Part shown: in pieces, positions 1 to 7,359 of the stretch
How the letters are laid out: each line of letters opens with the position of its first letter
Numbering within the stretch: the first letter of the stretch is position 1
Assembly: GCA_051646305.1 (NCBI GenBank)
Contig: JBOFCV010000369.1
Location: 1 to 24,000 of the forward strand
Direction: 5' to 3'
DNA length: 24,000 bases
Origin: Turicibacter sp.
GTDB lineage: Bacteria; Bacillota_I; Bacilli_A; MOL361; Turicibacteraceae
The notes under the pieces: generated by a model
Told to the model about the DNA's origin: nothing
The model's database searches: none
Seen by the model: only the letters and a program-made list of their open reading frames with translations
Translations under genes and position numbers: made by a program

Positions 1-999
1 AACTTCCAACCTGATACAATCATCGCTTTAGGTGGAGGATCAGCAATGGATGCTGCTAAAATCATGTGGGTATTATATGAACACCCAGAAACTAACTTCC
101 AAGACTTAGCAATGCGCTTCATGGACGTTCGTAAACGTATCTACCGTTTCCCAACAATGGGGAAAAAAGCTAGCTTAGTATGTATTGCAACGTCTGCAGG
201 TACAGGTTCTGAGGTAACACCATTTGCCGTTATCACTGATGATGAAACTGGAATCAAATACCCATTAGCTGACTATGAATTAACACCAAATATGGCAATC
301 GTAGACCCAGTCTTAATGTTATCAATGCCAAAATCATTATGTGCGGCATCAGGGATTGACGTATTAACTCATGCATTAGAATCATTAGTATCTACTGTAG
401 CAAGTGAGTATACAATTCCATTATCATTAGAAGCAACTAAATTAGTATTTGATTACTTACCAGAATCATATAATGGTGGAGCTGAAGCGAAAGTAGCAAA
501 AGAAAAGATGGCTAATGCTTCATGTATGGCTGGTATGGCATTCTCTAATGCAATGTTAGGATTATGTCACTCAATGGCTCATAAATTAGGTTCTCGTTTC
601 CATATTCCTCACGGAACTGCAAATGCATTATTAATGAATGAAATCATTAAATACAATGCAACAGATGCACCATTCAAAATGGGAACATTTGCTCAATACG
701 AAACACCTCAAGCAATCGCTCGTTATGCACAAGCTGCTGACTACTTAGGTTTAGGTGGAAAAACAAACGAAGAAAAAGTACAATTATTATTAAATAAAAT
801 AGATGCATTAAAAATGGAAATTAATATTCCAATGAGCATTAAAGAATGTGGTGTAAATGAAGAAGAATTTGTTGCAGCTATCGATGCATTAGCAGTTGAA
901 GCGTTCGATGATCAATGTACAGGAGCTAACCCTCGCTACCCATTAATCGCTGACATCAAACAACTTTACCTAAATGCTTACCACGGAGAAACAAAATAA
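1..999 (+). CDS. adhE: Bifunctional aldehyde/alcohol dehydrogenase AdhE, C-terminal iron-type alcohol dehydrogenase domain (5' end lies outside the window)
   Basis: Frame 1 is open from base 1 (NFQPDTIIALGGGSAMDAAK...), so the track start at 46 is an internal Met. It has the GGGSxxD nucleotide-binding motif and the His-rich Fe site (CHSMAHKLG, HIPHG). The stretch PETNFQDLAMRFMDVRKRIYRFPTMG...GTGSEVTPFAVITDD closely parallels the E. coli AdhE ADH domain as I recall it. A strong terminator follows. Confidence 0.88.
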   Translation, partial: NFQPDTIIALGGGSAMDAAKIMWVLYEHPETNFQDLAMRFMDVRKRIYRFPTMGKKASLVCIATSAGTGSEVTPFAVITDDETGIKYPLADYELTPNMAIVDPVLMLSMPKSLCAASGIDVLTHALESLVSTVASEYTIPLSLEATKLVFDYLPESYNGGAEAKVAKEKMANASCMAGMAFSNAMLGLCHSMAHKLGSRFHIPHGTANALLMNEIIKYNATDAPFKMGTFAQYETPQAIARYAQAADYLGLGGKTNEEKVQLLLNKIDALKMEINIPMSIKECGVNEEEFVAAIDALAVEAFDDQCTGANPRYPLIADIKQLYLNAYHGETK

Positions 1000-1009
1000 T
1001 TTAACACCC

Positions 1010-1042
1010 AAAAGCTCCCTATCATTTGATAGGGAGCTTTTT
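1010..1042 (+). terminator. Rho-independent terminator of adhE
   Basis: AAAAGCTCCCTATC (1010-1023) pairs with GATAGGGAGCTTTT (1028-1041) around a 4-nt loop, and the 3' arm runs into a T tract. Confidence 0.8.
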
Positions 1043-1173
1043 CTCATTAGACGAACTATTTGGGTGGCGGTTACCAATGGGTGACCTAGGTAGCCAAAAA
1101 GAGAGTAAATGTAGAAATGCTAGAAATAGGATAAATCACGCATTAAATAGACATGAATTGCATCTGGAGTGGA

Positions 1174-1179
1174 TATAAT
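1174..1179 (+). promoter_or_regulatory. Candidate -10 hexamer (TATAAT) for ABC module 1
   Basis: A perfect TATAAT lies 77 nt upstream of the permease start at 1256. No convincing -35 element was found. The motif TGTAGAAAT sits 64 bp upstream, as in module 2. Confidence 0.3.
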
Positions 1180-1194
1180 GTAACAAGACCTAGG

Positions 1195-1231
1195 GGTGGT
1201 TTTTGTTCCAAAAACAAAACACCTACTTTTT
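1195..1231 (+). promoter_or_regulatory. Leader hairpin plus T-run (possible weak attenuator) in the 5' UTR of ABC module 1
   Basis: GGTG(gt)TTTTGTT (1195-1207) pairs with AACAAAACACC (1213-1223) around a 5-nt loop, followed by TACTTTTT (1224-1231). The stem is AU-rich and bulged, so it is weak. Confidence 0.25.
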
Positions 1232-1255
1232 GTGCAAATAAAGGGGAGAGTATTC

Positions 1256-2785
1256 ATGGATTTTTTAAATCGAGCGTGGAAACAAAATATTCGAAAACCA
1301 ATGAAAACACTAATGATTTTCTTAGTCATGTTCGTCATTTCAAATTTAATGGTCACAGGTATTTTTATATTGAAAGGAACAGAAAGTGCAACAAATGCAA
1401 CATTAAGTAAAATAACACCGGTTGTTTATTATACACAAGATTGGCAACGCTATACACGTGCTCAAGAGCTAGGGTTTATTAACTATGAGACAGATCCAAT
1501 GCCAGCTATTTCAATTGAAGATGCGCTAAAAATTTCAGAATCTGAAAATGTGAAGACTTTTGATATTAGTACAAGTGGATATATGATGAGTCGCACGCTA
1601 AAGGCTTACAAAGATCCAAATAATGAGTTTAATAATAATGTGAATTTGGGTAGTGAGGGAACTTCAAATGAAACGTATTTTGAACCTGTTACGTTTAATA
1701 TTATAGGAACAAGTTCAATCGAATTTAAAGTAGCGAGTGGAACGATTGAATTAATTGAGGGAAGAGGTGTCACAACGGATGATATTACCACTGAAAAGCA
1801 AGTGGTTGTCATCGAAGAACGATTAGCAAAAGTAAATGAGTTAGCGGTGGGAGATACGATTAGCCTAGATGCAAATGTTGTGTGGGATCAAGCACAGGCT
1901 TCACAATCCAGTACAACGGAAAAAGAGTTTGAAGTGATTGGTATTTACCGAAACCTCAGTGCCGAAAGTGCTAACGATCCGTGGTTGAATGAACGAATGG
2001 CCTCCCAAATATATATGCCGTATAATGTGACACATAAATTAGGCTACGAAAGTTATGAAACTAGCTTAAAACAAGGTATAGAGGAAGGGTGGTACACCCA
2101 AGAAGAAGCTGATCAATATTTAGAGGATTATAAAAATATGGGAGCTCAAACGATTGGTTATTTGCTAAATGATCCTTTGCAAGTTCGTGAGTTTATTAAT
2201 GATAATGAACGACTGTTGTCATCAGAATATCATGCACTAAAAGTTGGGAATTCAACTTATGATTCGATTGCTAAGTCAGTGGATAGTATGACGCAAACAT
2301 CAAATTTAATCATCTATATTGTATTCGGAGCAGGTATATTGATTCTAAGTTTGATTACTTCGTTAACCTTAAAAAGTCGAGAGTATGAAATTGGTGTGTT
2401 ATTATCACTAGGTGAGAGTAAAGTTAAAGTGATTGGACAATTAATGTCAGAATTGCTAATTATTGCGATTTTAGCGTTTAGTTTGTCCATTGTGAGTGGA
2501 AATTATATCGCGAAATATTATGGAGAAGAAATGTTAAAAGCACAATTGGAAGGGACAATGAGTGATTCAAATAACTCTTCTATTTACATCCCTGAACAAG
2601 GATATGGTTCCGAGGAGAACCCATTGCAATACACTGACTTTGTAACTAATTTTAATATTGAATTGGAGCCAATGGTATATGTGGAATTAATGATCTACGG
2701 TCTGCTCGTTGTTGGCATTAGTACATTTATCCCAATTATCTTCATCACAAGATACAATCCGAAAACAATTTTAACGATACGATAA
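1256..2785 (+). CDS. ABC transporter permease, MacB/FtsX-type (copy 1)
   Basis: ATG at 1256 is preceded by AAGGGGAGAG with a 5-nt spacer. The track start at 1196 lacks an SD, and the paralog aligns from MDFLNRAWKQ. The protein has an N-terminal TM, a roughly 320-aa extracytoplasmic domain and three C-terminal TMs (FtsX fold). An ABC ATPase gene follows immediately. Confidence 0.85.
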   Translation: MDFLNRAWKQNIRKPMKTLMIFLVMFVISNLMVTGIFILKGTESATNATLSKITPVVYYTQDWQRYTRAQELGFINYETDPMPAISIEDALKISESENVKTFDISTSGYMMSRTLKAYKDPNNEFNNNVNLGSEGTSNETYFEPVTFNIIGTSSIEFKVASGTIELIEGRGVTTDDITTEKQVVVIEERLAKVNELAVGDTISLDANVVWDQAQASQSSTTEKEFEVIGIYRNLSAESANDPWLNERMASQIYMPYNVTHKLGYESYETSLKQGIEEGWYTQEEADQYLEDYKNMGAQTIGYLLNDPLQVREFINDNERLLSSEYHALKVGNSTYDSIAKSVDSMTQTSNLIIYIVFGAGILILSLITSLTLKSREYEIGVLLSLGESKVKVIGQLMSELLIIAILAFSLSIVSGNYIAKYYGEEMLKAQLEGTMSDSNNSSIYIPEQGYGSEENPLQYTDFVTNFNIELEPMVYVELMIYGLLVVGISTFIPIIFITRYNPKTILTIR

Positions 2786-2800
2786 GGGACGGTGAAAGAA

Positions 2801-3475
2801 ATGGCATTATTAGAATTGAAAAAAATTTCGCATGCGTATACAGATGGTGATATACGTCGTGTCGTGTTAGAAGATGTAAATTGTACGTTCGAACGCGGAA
2901 AGTTTTACTCTATTTTAGGCCCCTCTGGTTCGGGGAAATCAACCTTGTTATCCATAGCAGCAGGGCTAGATGACATCCAACAGGGAGAAGTCCTCATTGA
3001 TGGAAAATCAATAAATGAAATAGGCATTGTTAAATATCGACGCAACCATATGGCAATCGTTTTCCAATCATTTAACTTGATTCCTTATTTAACAGCTGTT
3101 GAAAATGTTGAGATGGCAATGAAAATTACAGATAATGAAACACCTAAAAACAAGCGAGAAGTAGCAATGGGATTTTTAGAAAAGTTAGGGATTTCTCAAA
3201 TGAAAGCCAATAAATTTATTAAACAATTGTCTGGGGGAGAGCAACAGCGTGTCGCTATCGCTCGCGCACTTGTAACGGGAGCAGATTTGATTTTCGCGGA
3301 TGAGCCTACTGGAAATCTTGATTCTCAAACTGAACGTGAAATATGTGAATTGTTCCAACAATTAGCCCACCAATTTAATAAGTGCATCATCGTGGTGACG
3401 CATTCAGACGGGGTATCTAGGCATAGTGATGTGATCTATGAGATAAGCGATGGAGAAATAGTTCAAACTGTCTAA
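2801..3475 (+). CDS. ABC transporter ATP-binding protein (copy 1)
   Basis: Walker [10 protein letters not shown], signature LSGGEQQR, Walker B LIFADEPT and H-loop VTHS are present. ATG 2801 was chosen over GTG 2792 because of the GGTGA SD spacing and alignment with the paralog (MALLELK vs MTMLELK). Confidence 0.9.
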   Translation: MALLELKKISHAYTDGDIRRVVLEDVNCTFERGKFYSILGPSGSGKSTLLSIAAGLDDIQQGEVLIDGKSINEIGIVKYRRNHMAIVFQSFNLIPYLTAVENVEMAMKITDNETPKNKREVAMGFLEKLGISQMKANKFIKQLSGGEQQRVAIARALVTGADLIFADEPTGNLDSQTEREICELFQQLAHQFNKCIIVVTHSDGVSRHSDVIYEISDGEIVQTV

Positions 3476-3575
3476 GTAAGTAGAATTTAGACGTTAAAAC
3501 TAACCATTTTTAATGAGGTAGTGCAACTTTGATTTTTAAACAATCGAATGATAGACGGTGCGATGATTCAGAGAT

Positions 3576-3615
3576 GAACCCCAATACTATGAGTTAGGAA
3601 AGGGGTTCGTTTTTT
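3576..3615 (+). terminator. Candidate terminator between the two ABC modules
   Basis: GAACCCC (3576-3582) pairs with GGGGTTC (3602-3608), followed by GTTTTTT. The 19-nt loop makes it non-canonical. Confidence 0.4.
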
Positions 3616-3673
3616 AGTGGAAGAAAGTAAGAGTCGGGTATAAATCCGACTAGTAGAGTTTGTAGAAATAATT

Positions 3674-3693
3674 CTTAATATTTCCTTAATATT
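3674..3693 (+). promoter_or_regulatory. Phased direct repeat CTTAATATT x2 (11-bp period) upstream of the module 2 promoter
   Basis: CTTAATATT occurs at 3674-3682 and 3685-3693, about 35-55 bp upstream of the -10 element. This geometry fits a response-regulator or activator site, but no regulator gene lies in the window. Confidence 0.3.
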
Positions 3694-3724
3694 GAAATAT
3701 GTAGATAATATTGGAGGACGTCTG

Positions 3725-3733
3725 TGATATAAT
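3725..3733 (+). promoter_or_regulatory. Extended -10 promoter (TGaTATAAT) for ABC module 2
   Basis: TG at 3725-3726 and TATAAT at 3728-3733, 83 nt upstream of the GTG start at 3816. The -35 element is weak. Confidence 0.5.
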
Positions 3734-3815
3734 AGGAAATGAGTTTAGTGAGTTATTGTCTTTGTAAAAAGAAGAAAATATGACTCGTTTTTATTATAGG
3801 AAGGGGAGAGTTAAA

Positions 3816-5360
3816 GTGGATTTTTTAAATCGTGCTTGGAAACAAAATATCCGTAAACCGATGAAATCATTAATGATTTTCTTAGTTATGTTTGTTATTT
3901 CGAACTTAATTGTCACGGGAATATTTATTTTGAAAGGAACTGAAAGTGCAACAAATGCAACAATGAGTAAAATTACCCCGATTGTGTATTACACACAAGA
4001 TTGGGATCGTTATTATCGTGCCATGGATTTAGGATTTATTGATTGGGAAACTGATCCAATGCCACCTATTTCAATTGAGGATGCAAAAGAAATTGCTGCA
4101 TCTGATGCAGTGAAAACATATGATTTAAGTACAAGTGGGTACGTCATGGCACCTGGCATTAAAGCATATAAAGATCCAAATAATTCAATGAATGAAGGTT
4201 CAAGTGGTGGCATTATGATGAGCCGCGATGGGAATGAAGCAACAGAAGAGTTTGTTCAACCCGATCAATTTGAAATCATCGGAACAAGTTCAAGTGAATT
4301 TAAAATAGCGAGTGGAACACTAGAAATAGCAGATGGACGTGGGATTTCAGAAGATGATATCACGAGCGAAAGTAATGTCATTATGATTGAAGAACGCTTA
4401 GCAAAAGCTAACAATTTGTCAATCGGAGATAAAGTGGGAATCGATTTCAATGTCATTTGGGACCCGTCAACGCAAACTACTAGTGAAGATACAGAACATG
4501 ACTATGAAATTATAGGGATATACCGTAATTTAGGAACACAAACAGAAAATGACCCTTGGATGAATGAACGTGTTGCATCACAAATCTATATGCCATACAA
4601 TGTGGTTCAAAATCAAAATTTTGAAGTTTATAAAATAAGCTTAAAAGATGGTGTTGAACAAGGATATTACACGCAAGAAGAGGCGGATCAATATTTAGAA
4701 GATTACAGTCAAAATGGAACGAGTACAATTGGATACTTATTAAATGATCCATTAACAGTACGAGATTTTATTGAAGATAGCAAACGTCTATTACCGTCAG
4801 AATACCATACCTTAAAGGTTGGAAATTCAACGTATGATTCAATTGCAAAATCGATTGATAGTATGACAGAAACATCTAATTTGATTATTTATATCGTATT
4901 TGGAGCGGGAATTTTAATTTTAAGTTTAATTACTTCACTCACATTAAAAAGTCGTGAATACGAAATTGGGGTCCTATTGTCATTAGGAGAAAGCAAAGTG
5001 AAAGTAATCGGACAGTTAATGTCAGAATTACTGATTATTGCTTTGGTAGCGTTTAGTTTATCAATCGTATCAGGTAACTTTATTGCAAAATACTATGGAC
5101 AAGAAATGTTAAAAACACAAATGGAAGGTGCCATGAGTGAATCAACTAATTCTGGCATTTATATACCTGATCAAATGTATGGATCACAAGATGATACATT
5201 ACAGTATTCTGACTTCGTTTCAAACTTCAATATCCAATTAGACCCGTTAGTTTACCTAGAACTAATGGTCTACGGTATGTTAGTAGTCGGGCTTAGTACG
5301 TTTATTCCAATCATCTTTATTATGCGATATAATCCAAAAACAATATTAACAATACGATAA
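3816..5360 (+). CDS. ABC transporter permease, MacB/FtsX-type (copy 2, paralog of 1256-2785)
   Basis: GTG at 3816 follows the identical SD AAGGGGAGAG with a 5-nt spacer. The protein aligns end to end with copy 1 and has the same TM topology. The track start at 3780 lacks an SD. Confidence 0.85.
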   Translation: MDFLNRAWKQNIRKPMKSLMIFLVMFVISNLIVTGIFILKGTESATNATMSKITPIVYYTQDWDRYYRAMDLGFIDWETDPMPPISIEDAKEIAASDAVKTYDLSTSGYVMAPGIKAYKDPNNSMNEGSSGGIMMSRDGNEATEEFVQPDQFEIIGTSSSEFKIASGTLEIADGRGISEDDITSESNVIMIEERLAKANNLSIGDKVGIDFNVIWDPSTQTTSEDTEHDYEIIGIYRNLGTQTENDPWMNERVASQIYMPYNVVQNQNFEVYKISLKDGVEQGYYTQEEADQYLEDYSQNGTSTIGYLLNDPLTVRDFIEDSKRLLPSEYHTLKVGNSTYDSIAKSIDSMTETSNLIIYIVFGAGILILSLITSLTLKSREYEIGVLLSLGESKVKVIGQLMSELLIIALVAFSLSIVSGNFIAKYYGQEMLKTQMEGAMSESTNSGIYIPDQMYGSQDDTLQYSDFVSNFNIQLDPLVYLELMVYGMLVVGLSTFIPIIFIMRYNPKTILTIR

Positions 5361-5375
5361 GGTAGGTGTGATGAA

Positions 5376-6050
5376 ATGACAATGTTAGAACTTAAAGACC
5401 TTTCTCATGCTTACGTGGATGGAGATATTCGTCGTGTCGTACTTGAGAATGTTAATTGTACATTTGAGCGTGGAAATTTTTATTCGATTTTAGGACCTTC
5501 GGGTTCAGGTAAATCAACATTATTATCGATTGCAGCGGGACTTGATGATATTCAAGATGGTCAAGTTATCGTGGATGGAAAACCAATAGAAGAAATTGGG
5601 TTAGTTAAATATCGACGTAACCATATGGCTATCGTCTTTCAGTCATTTAATTTAATTCCATACTTAACAGCAGTTGAAAATGTTGAGATGGCCATGAAAA
5701 TTACAGATAATGAAACACCTAAAAATAAACGTGAAATCGCGTTAGGATTCCTTGAAAAACTTGGAATATCTGAAATGAAATCAAATAAGTTTATTAAACA
5801 ACTTTCTGGGGGAGAACAACAACGTGTCGCTATCGCTCGTGCTTTAGTAACAGGAGCCGATTTGATTTTTGCAGATGAGCCAACAGGGAATCTAGATTCA
5901 CAAACTGAACGTGAAATCTGTGAATTATTCCAACTTTTAGCGCATCAATTTAATAAATGTATTATTGTTGTGACTCACTCTGATCGTGTATCGCAACATA
6001 GTGATATTATTTATCAAATTAGCGATGGGAAAATGATACAAACAAAATAA
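5376..6050 (+). CDS. ABC transporter ATP-binding protein (copy 2, paralog of 2801-3475)
   Basis: It has the same Walker A, signature, Walker B and H-loop motifs. SD AGGTAGGTG lies 5 nt upstream. By eye it is the closer paralog pair of the two. Confidence 0.9.
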   Translation: MTMLELKDLSHAYVDGDIRRVVLENVNCTFERGNFYSILGPSGSGKSTLLSIAAGLDDIQDGQVIVDGKPIEEIGLVKYRRNHMAIVFQSFNLIPYLTAVENVEMAMKITDNETPKNKREIALGFLEKLGISEMKSNKFIKQLSGGEQQRVAIARALVTGADLIFADEPTGNLDSQTEREICELFQLLAHQFNKCIIVVTHSDRVSQHSDIIYQISDGKMIQTK

Positions 6051-6086
6051 TGATGTTTTTTTAAAACTATCAATTAAAAATAAAGA

Positions 6087-6128
6087 AGAGGCTAACACAA
6101 ATGATTTTTATCATTTGTGTTAGCCTCT
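6087..6128. terminator. Strong bidirectional hairpin terminator
   Basis: A perfect 19-bp stem, AGAGGCTAACACAAATGAT (6087-6105) pairing with ATCATTTGTGTTAGCCTCT (6110-6128), encloses a TTTT loop. It is flanked by A-rich sequence 5' and T-rich sequence 3', and sits between convergent transcription units. Confidence 0.8.
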
Positions 6129-6142
6129 TTGTATGTCTGTAA

Positions 6143-6420
6143 TTAATAAAATAATAAGTAATGTGGCGGTTTCATTTATAGGAACTCCTTTATCTTACGG
6201 AATGTAACAATAAAATAATTCTTATAAATCCTTTATAATTGGCGGACTGGAAGTCATTGTTATACCTCACGTAAATTTAAGACATCTGTATTAAATTGCG
6301 TTATCCTTTAGTTGGTGGATTAGTAGTCATCAAATGATCCCTCACGTTCATAGTTTAGTGATACGTGAACTCCGTTTATACATTGGCGGATTGGTATTCA
6401 TGGTTATACCTCACAGTCAG
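6143..6420. repeat. Degenerate tandem repeat array (3-4 units, 71-73 bp spacing)
   Basis: The + strand copies are at 6238-6270, 6311-6345 and 6382-6414, with a diverged copy near 6163-6190. Copies 6238 and 6382 match at 29 of 33 positions. On the minus strand each copy reads SD-like GTGAGG or AAGGAG, then ATG, then CCR-CCA. Confidence 0.6.
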
Positions 6421-6494
6421 TTGTTAAAAACAGTTGGCTACGATGTGACCTGAATTCTAATGCCTGATTCCAAAACATTATTATTTTTTAATCA

Positions 6495-6701
6495 TTACAT
6501 TTGAGATTTATTTCCCATGCTTTGTTGAGCTTGAGCTACTAAGCGTTTAGTAATTTCTCCGCCAACTGATCCATTTGCACGTGCAGTTGCGTCAGCTCCT
6601 AAAGTTACACCATATTCAGAAGCGATCTCAGCTTTCATGTTATCGATTGCTGATTTAGCTCCTGGTACAACTAATTTGTTGTTTGATTTGTTATCGTTCA
6701 T
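6495..6701 (-). CDS. Small acid-soluble spore protein, alpha/beta type
   Basis: The 68-aa product carries the hallmarks KLVVPGA...EIASEYGV...[23 protein letters not shown] lies upstream. Confidence 0.92.
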   Translation of the reverse strand: MNDNKSNNKLVVPGAKSAIDNMKAEIASEYGVTLGADATARANGSVGGEITKRLVAQAQQSMGNKSQM

Positions 6702-6724
6702 GTTTGTTCACCTCCTTGCACTAA

Positions 6725-6753
6725 TAGAATAACCATAATCGACAAAGTGATAC
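6725..6753 (-). promoter_or_regulatory. Candidate forespore (sigma-G/F-type) promoter of the first SASP gene
   Basis: On the minus strand: GTATC (6753-6749), a 17-nt spacer, then TATTCTA (6731-6725). The spacer contains TTTGTCGA, as in the 7331-7359 promoter. Confidence 0.35.
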
Positions 6754-6799
6754 AAGCAATGATCTGGTAATTTTAGTTAATTAAATAATCAAGCGTTGA

Positions 6800-7003
6800 T
6801 TATTTTTTACTCATATAACTAGATCCCAAATCTTGTTGTGCATAAGCGACTAAGCGTTTTGTGATTTCTCCACCTACAGATCCATTTAAGCGTGAAGAAG
6901 TATCAGCGCCTAATGTAACACCAAATTCTTTTGCAATTTCATATTTCATTTGATTAAGAGCTTCTTGTGCACCTGGAACAATTAATTTGTTTCGACGTGA
7001 CAT
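6800..7003 (-). CDS. Small acid-soluble spore protein, alpha/beta type
   Basis: The start is taken at [12 protein letters not shown] (ATG at 7003-7001), preceded by [18 protein letters not shown] is conserved. The track N-terminal extension to 7030 has no SD. Confidence 0.9.
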   Translation of the reverse strand: MSRRNKLIVPGAQEALNQMKYEIAKEFGVTLGADTSSRLNGSVGGEITKRLVAYAQQDLGSSYMSKK

Positions 7004-7111
7004 AACTAAAACCTCCTGATAAAATTTCATGCATAGTGTCTTGATGCGAAAAGTACCTTAGGCAGTTTACATGTATAATCATGTAAGACAGAAAGGGTAA
7101 TCGATGGAAAT

Positions 7112-7309
7112 TTAAATTTCATTTGACTGATTCATTTGTTGTTTTGCAGCAGCGATTAAGCGTTTAGTAATTTCTCCGCCTACAGCCCCATTTTCTTGAG
7201 CAGTAGCACGTGCACCAAAATTAACGCCTAACTCTTTAGCTATCTCAACTTTCATTTGATTAACAGCTTCTTGTGAACCTGGAACAATCAGTTTATTTCG
7301 ACTTGCCAT
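7112..7309 (-). CDS. Small acid-soluble spore protein, alpha/beta type
   Basis: The start is taken at [12 protein letters not shown] (ATG at 7309-7307), preceded by AGGAGGTG. The motif [12 protein letters not shown] is present. The track extension to 7351 is unsupported. Confidence 0.9.
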   Translation of the reverse strand: MASRNKLIVPGSQEAVNQMKVEIAKELGVNFGARATAQENGAVGGEITKRLIAAAKQQMNQSNEI

Positions 7310-7330
7310 GATGTCACCTCCTGACAAATT

Positions 7331-7359
7331 TAATATGTGCTCTTTCGACAAATTAATAC
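7331..7359 (-). promoter_or_regulatory. Candidate sigma-G-type promoter of the third SASP gene
   Basis: On the minus strand: GTATT (7359-7355), a 17-nt spacer, then CATATTA (7337-7331). This is close to the GnATR-17/18-CATnnTA consensus as I recall it. Confidence 0.5.

Noticed and set aside
1120-1410. Track ORFs 1120-1356 (minus) and 1153-1410 (plus).
   Set aside because: They overlap the promoter, leader and 5' end of the well-supported permease gene, and have no SD and no recognisable product.
1256-6050. The duplicated ABC modules as a mobile or recently acquired element.
   Set aside because: There are no transposase, integrase or recombinase genes and no flanking inverted or direct repeats. 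Heavy synonymous divergence shows that the duplication is old rather than a recent insertion.
6238-6414. CRISPR-like geometry: 33-35 nt repeats separated by 36-40 nt.
   Set aside because: There are only 3-4 copies and the repeats differ at 4 of 33 or more positions. The supposed spacers also share similarity next to the repeats (TCCTTTATA, TCCGTTTATA). No cas genes or leader are present in the window. This is better described as a degenerate tandem repeat.
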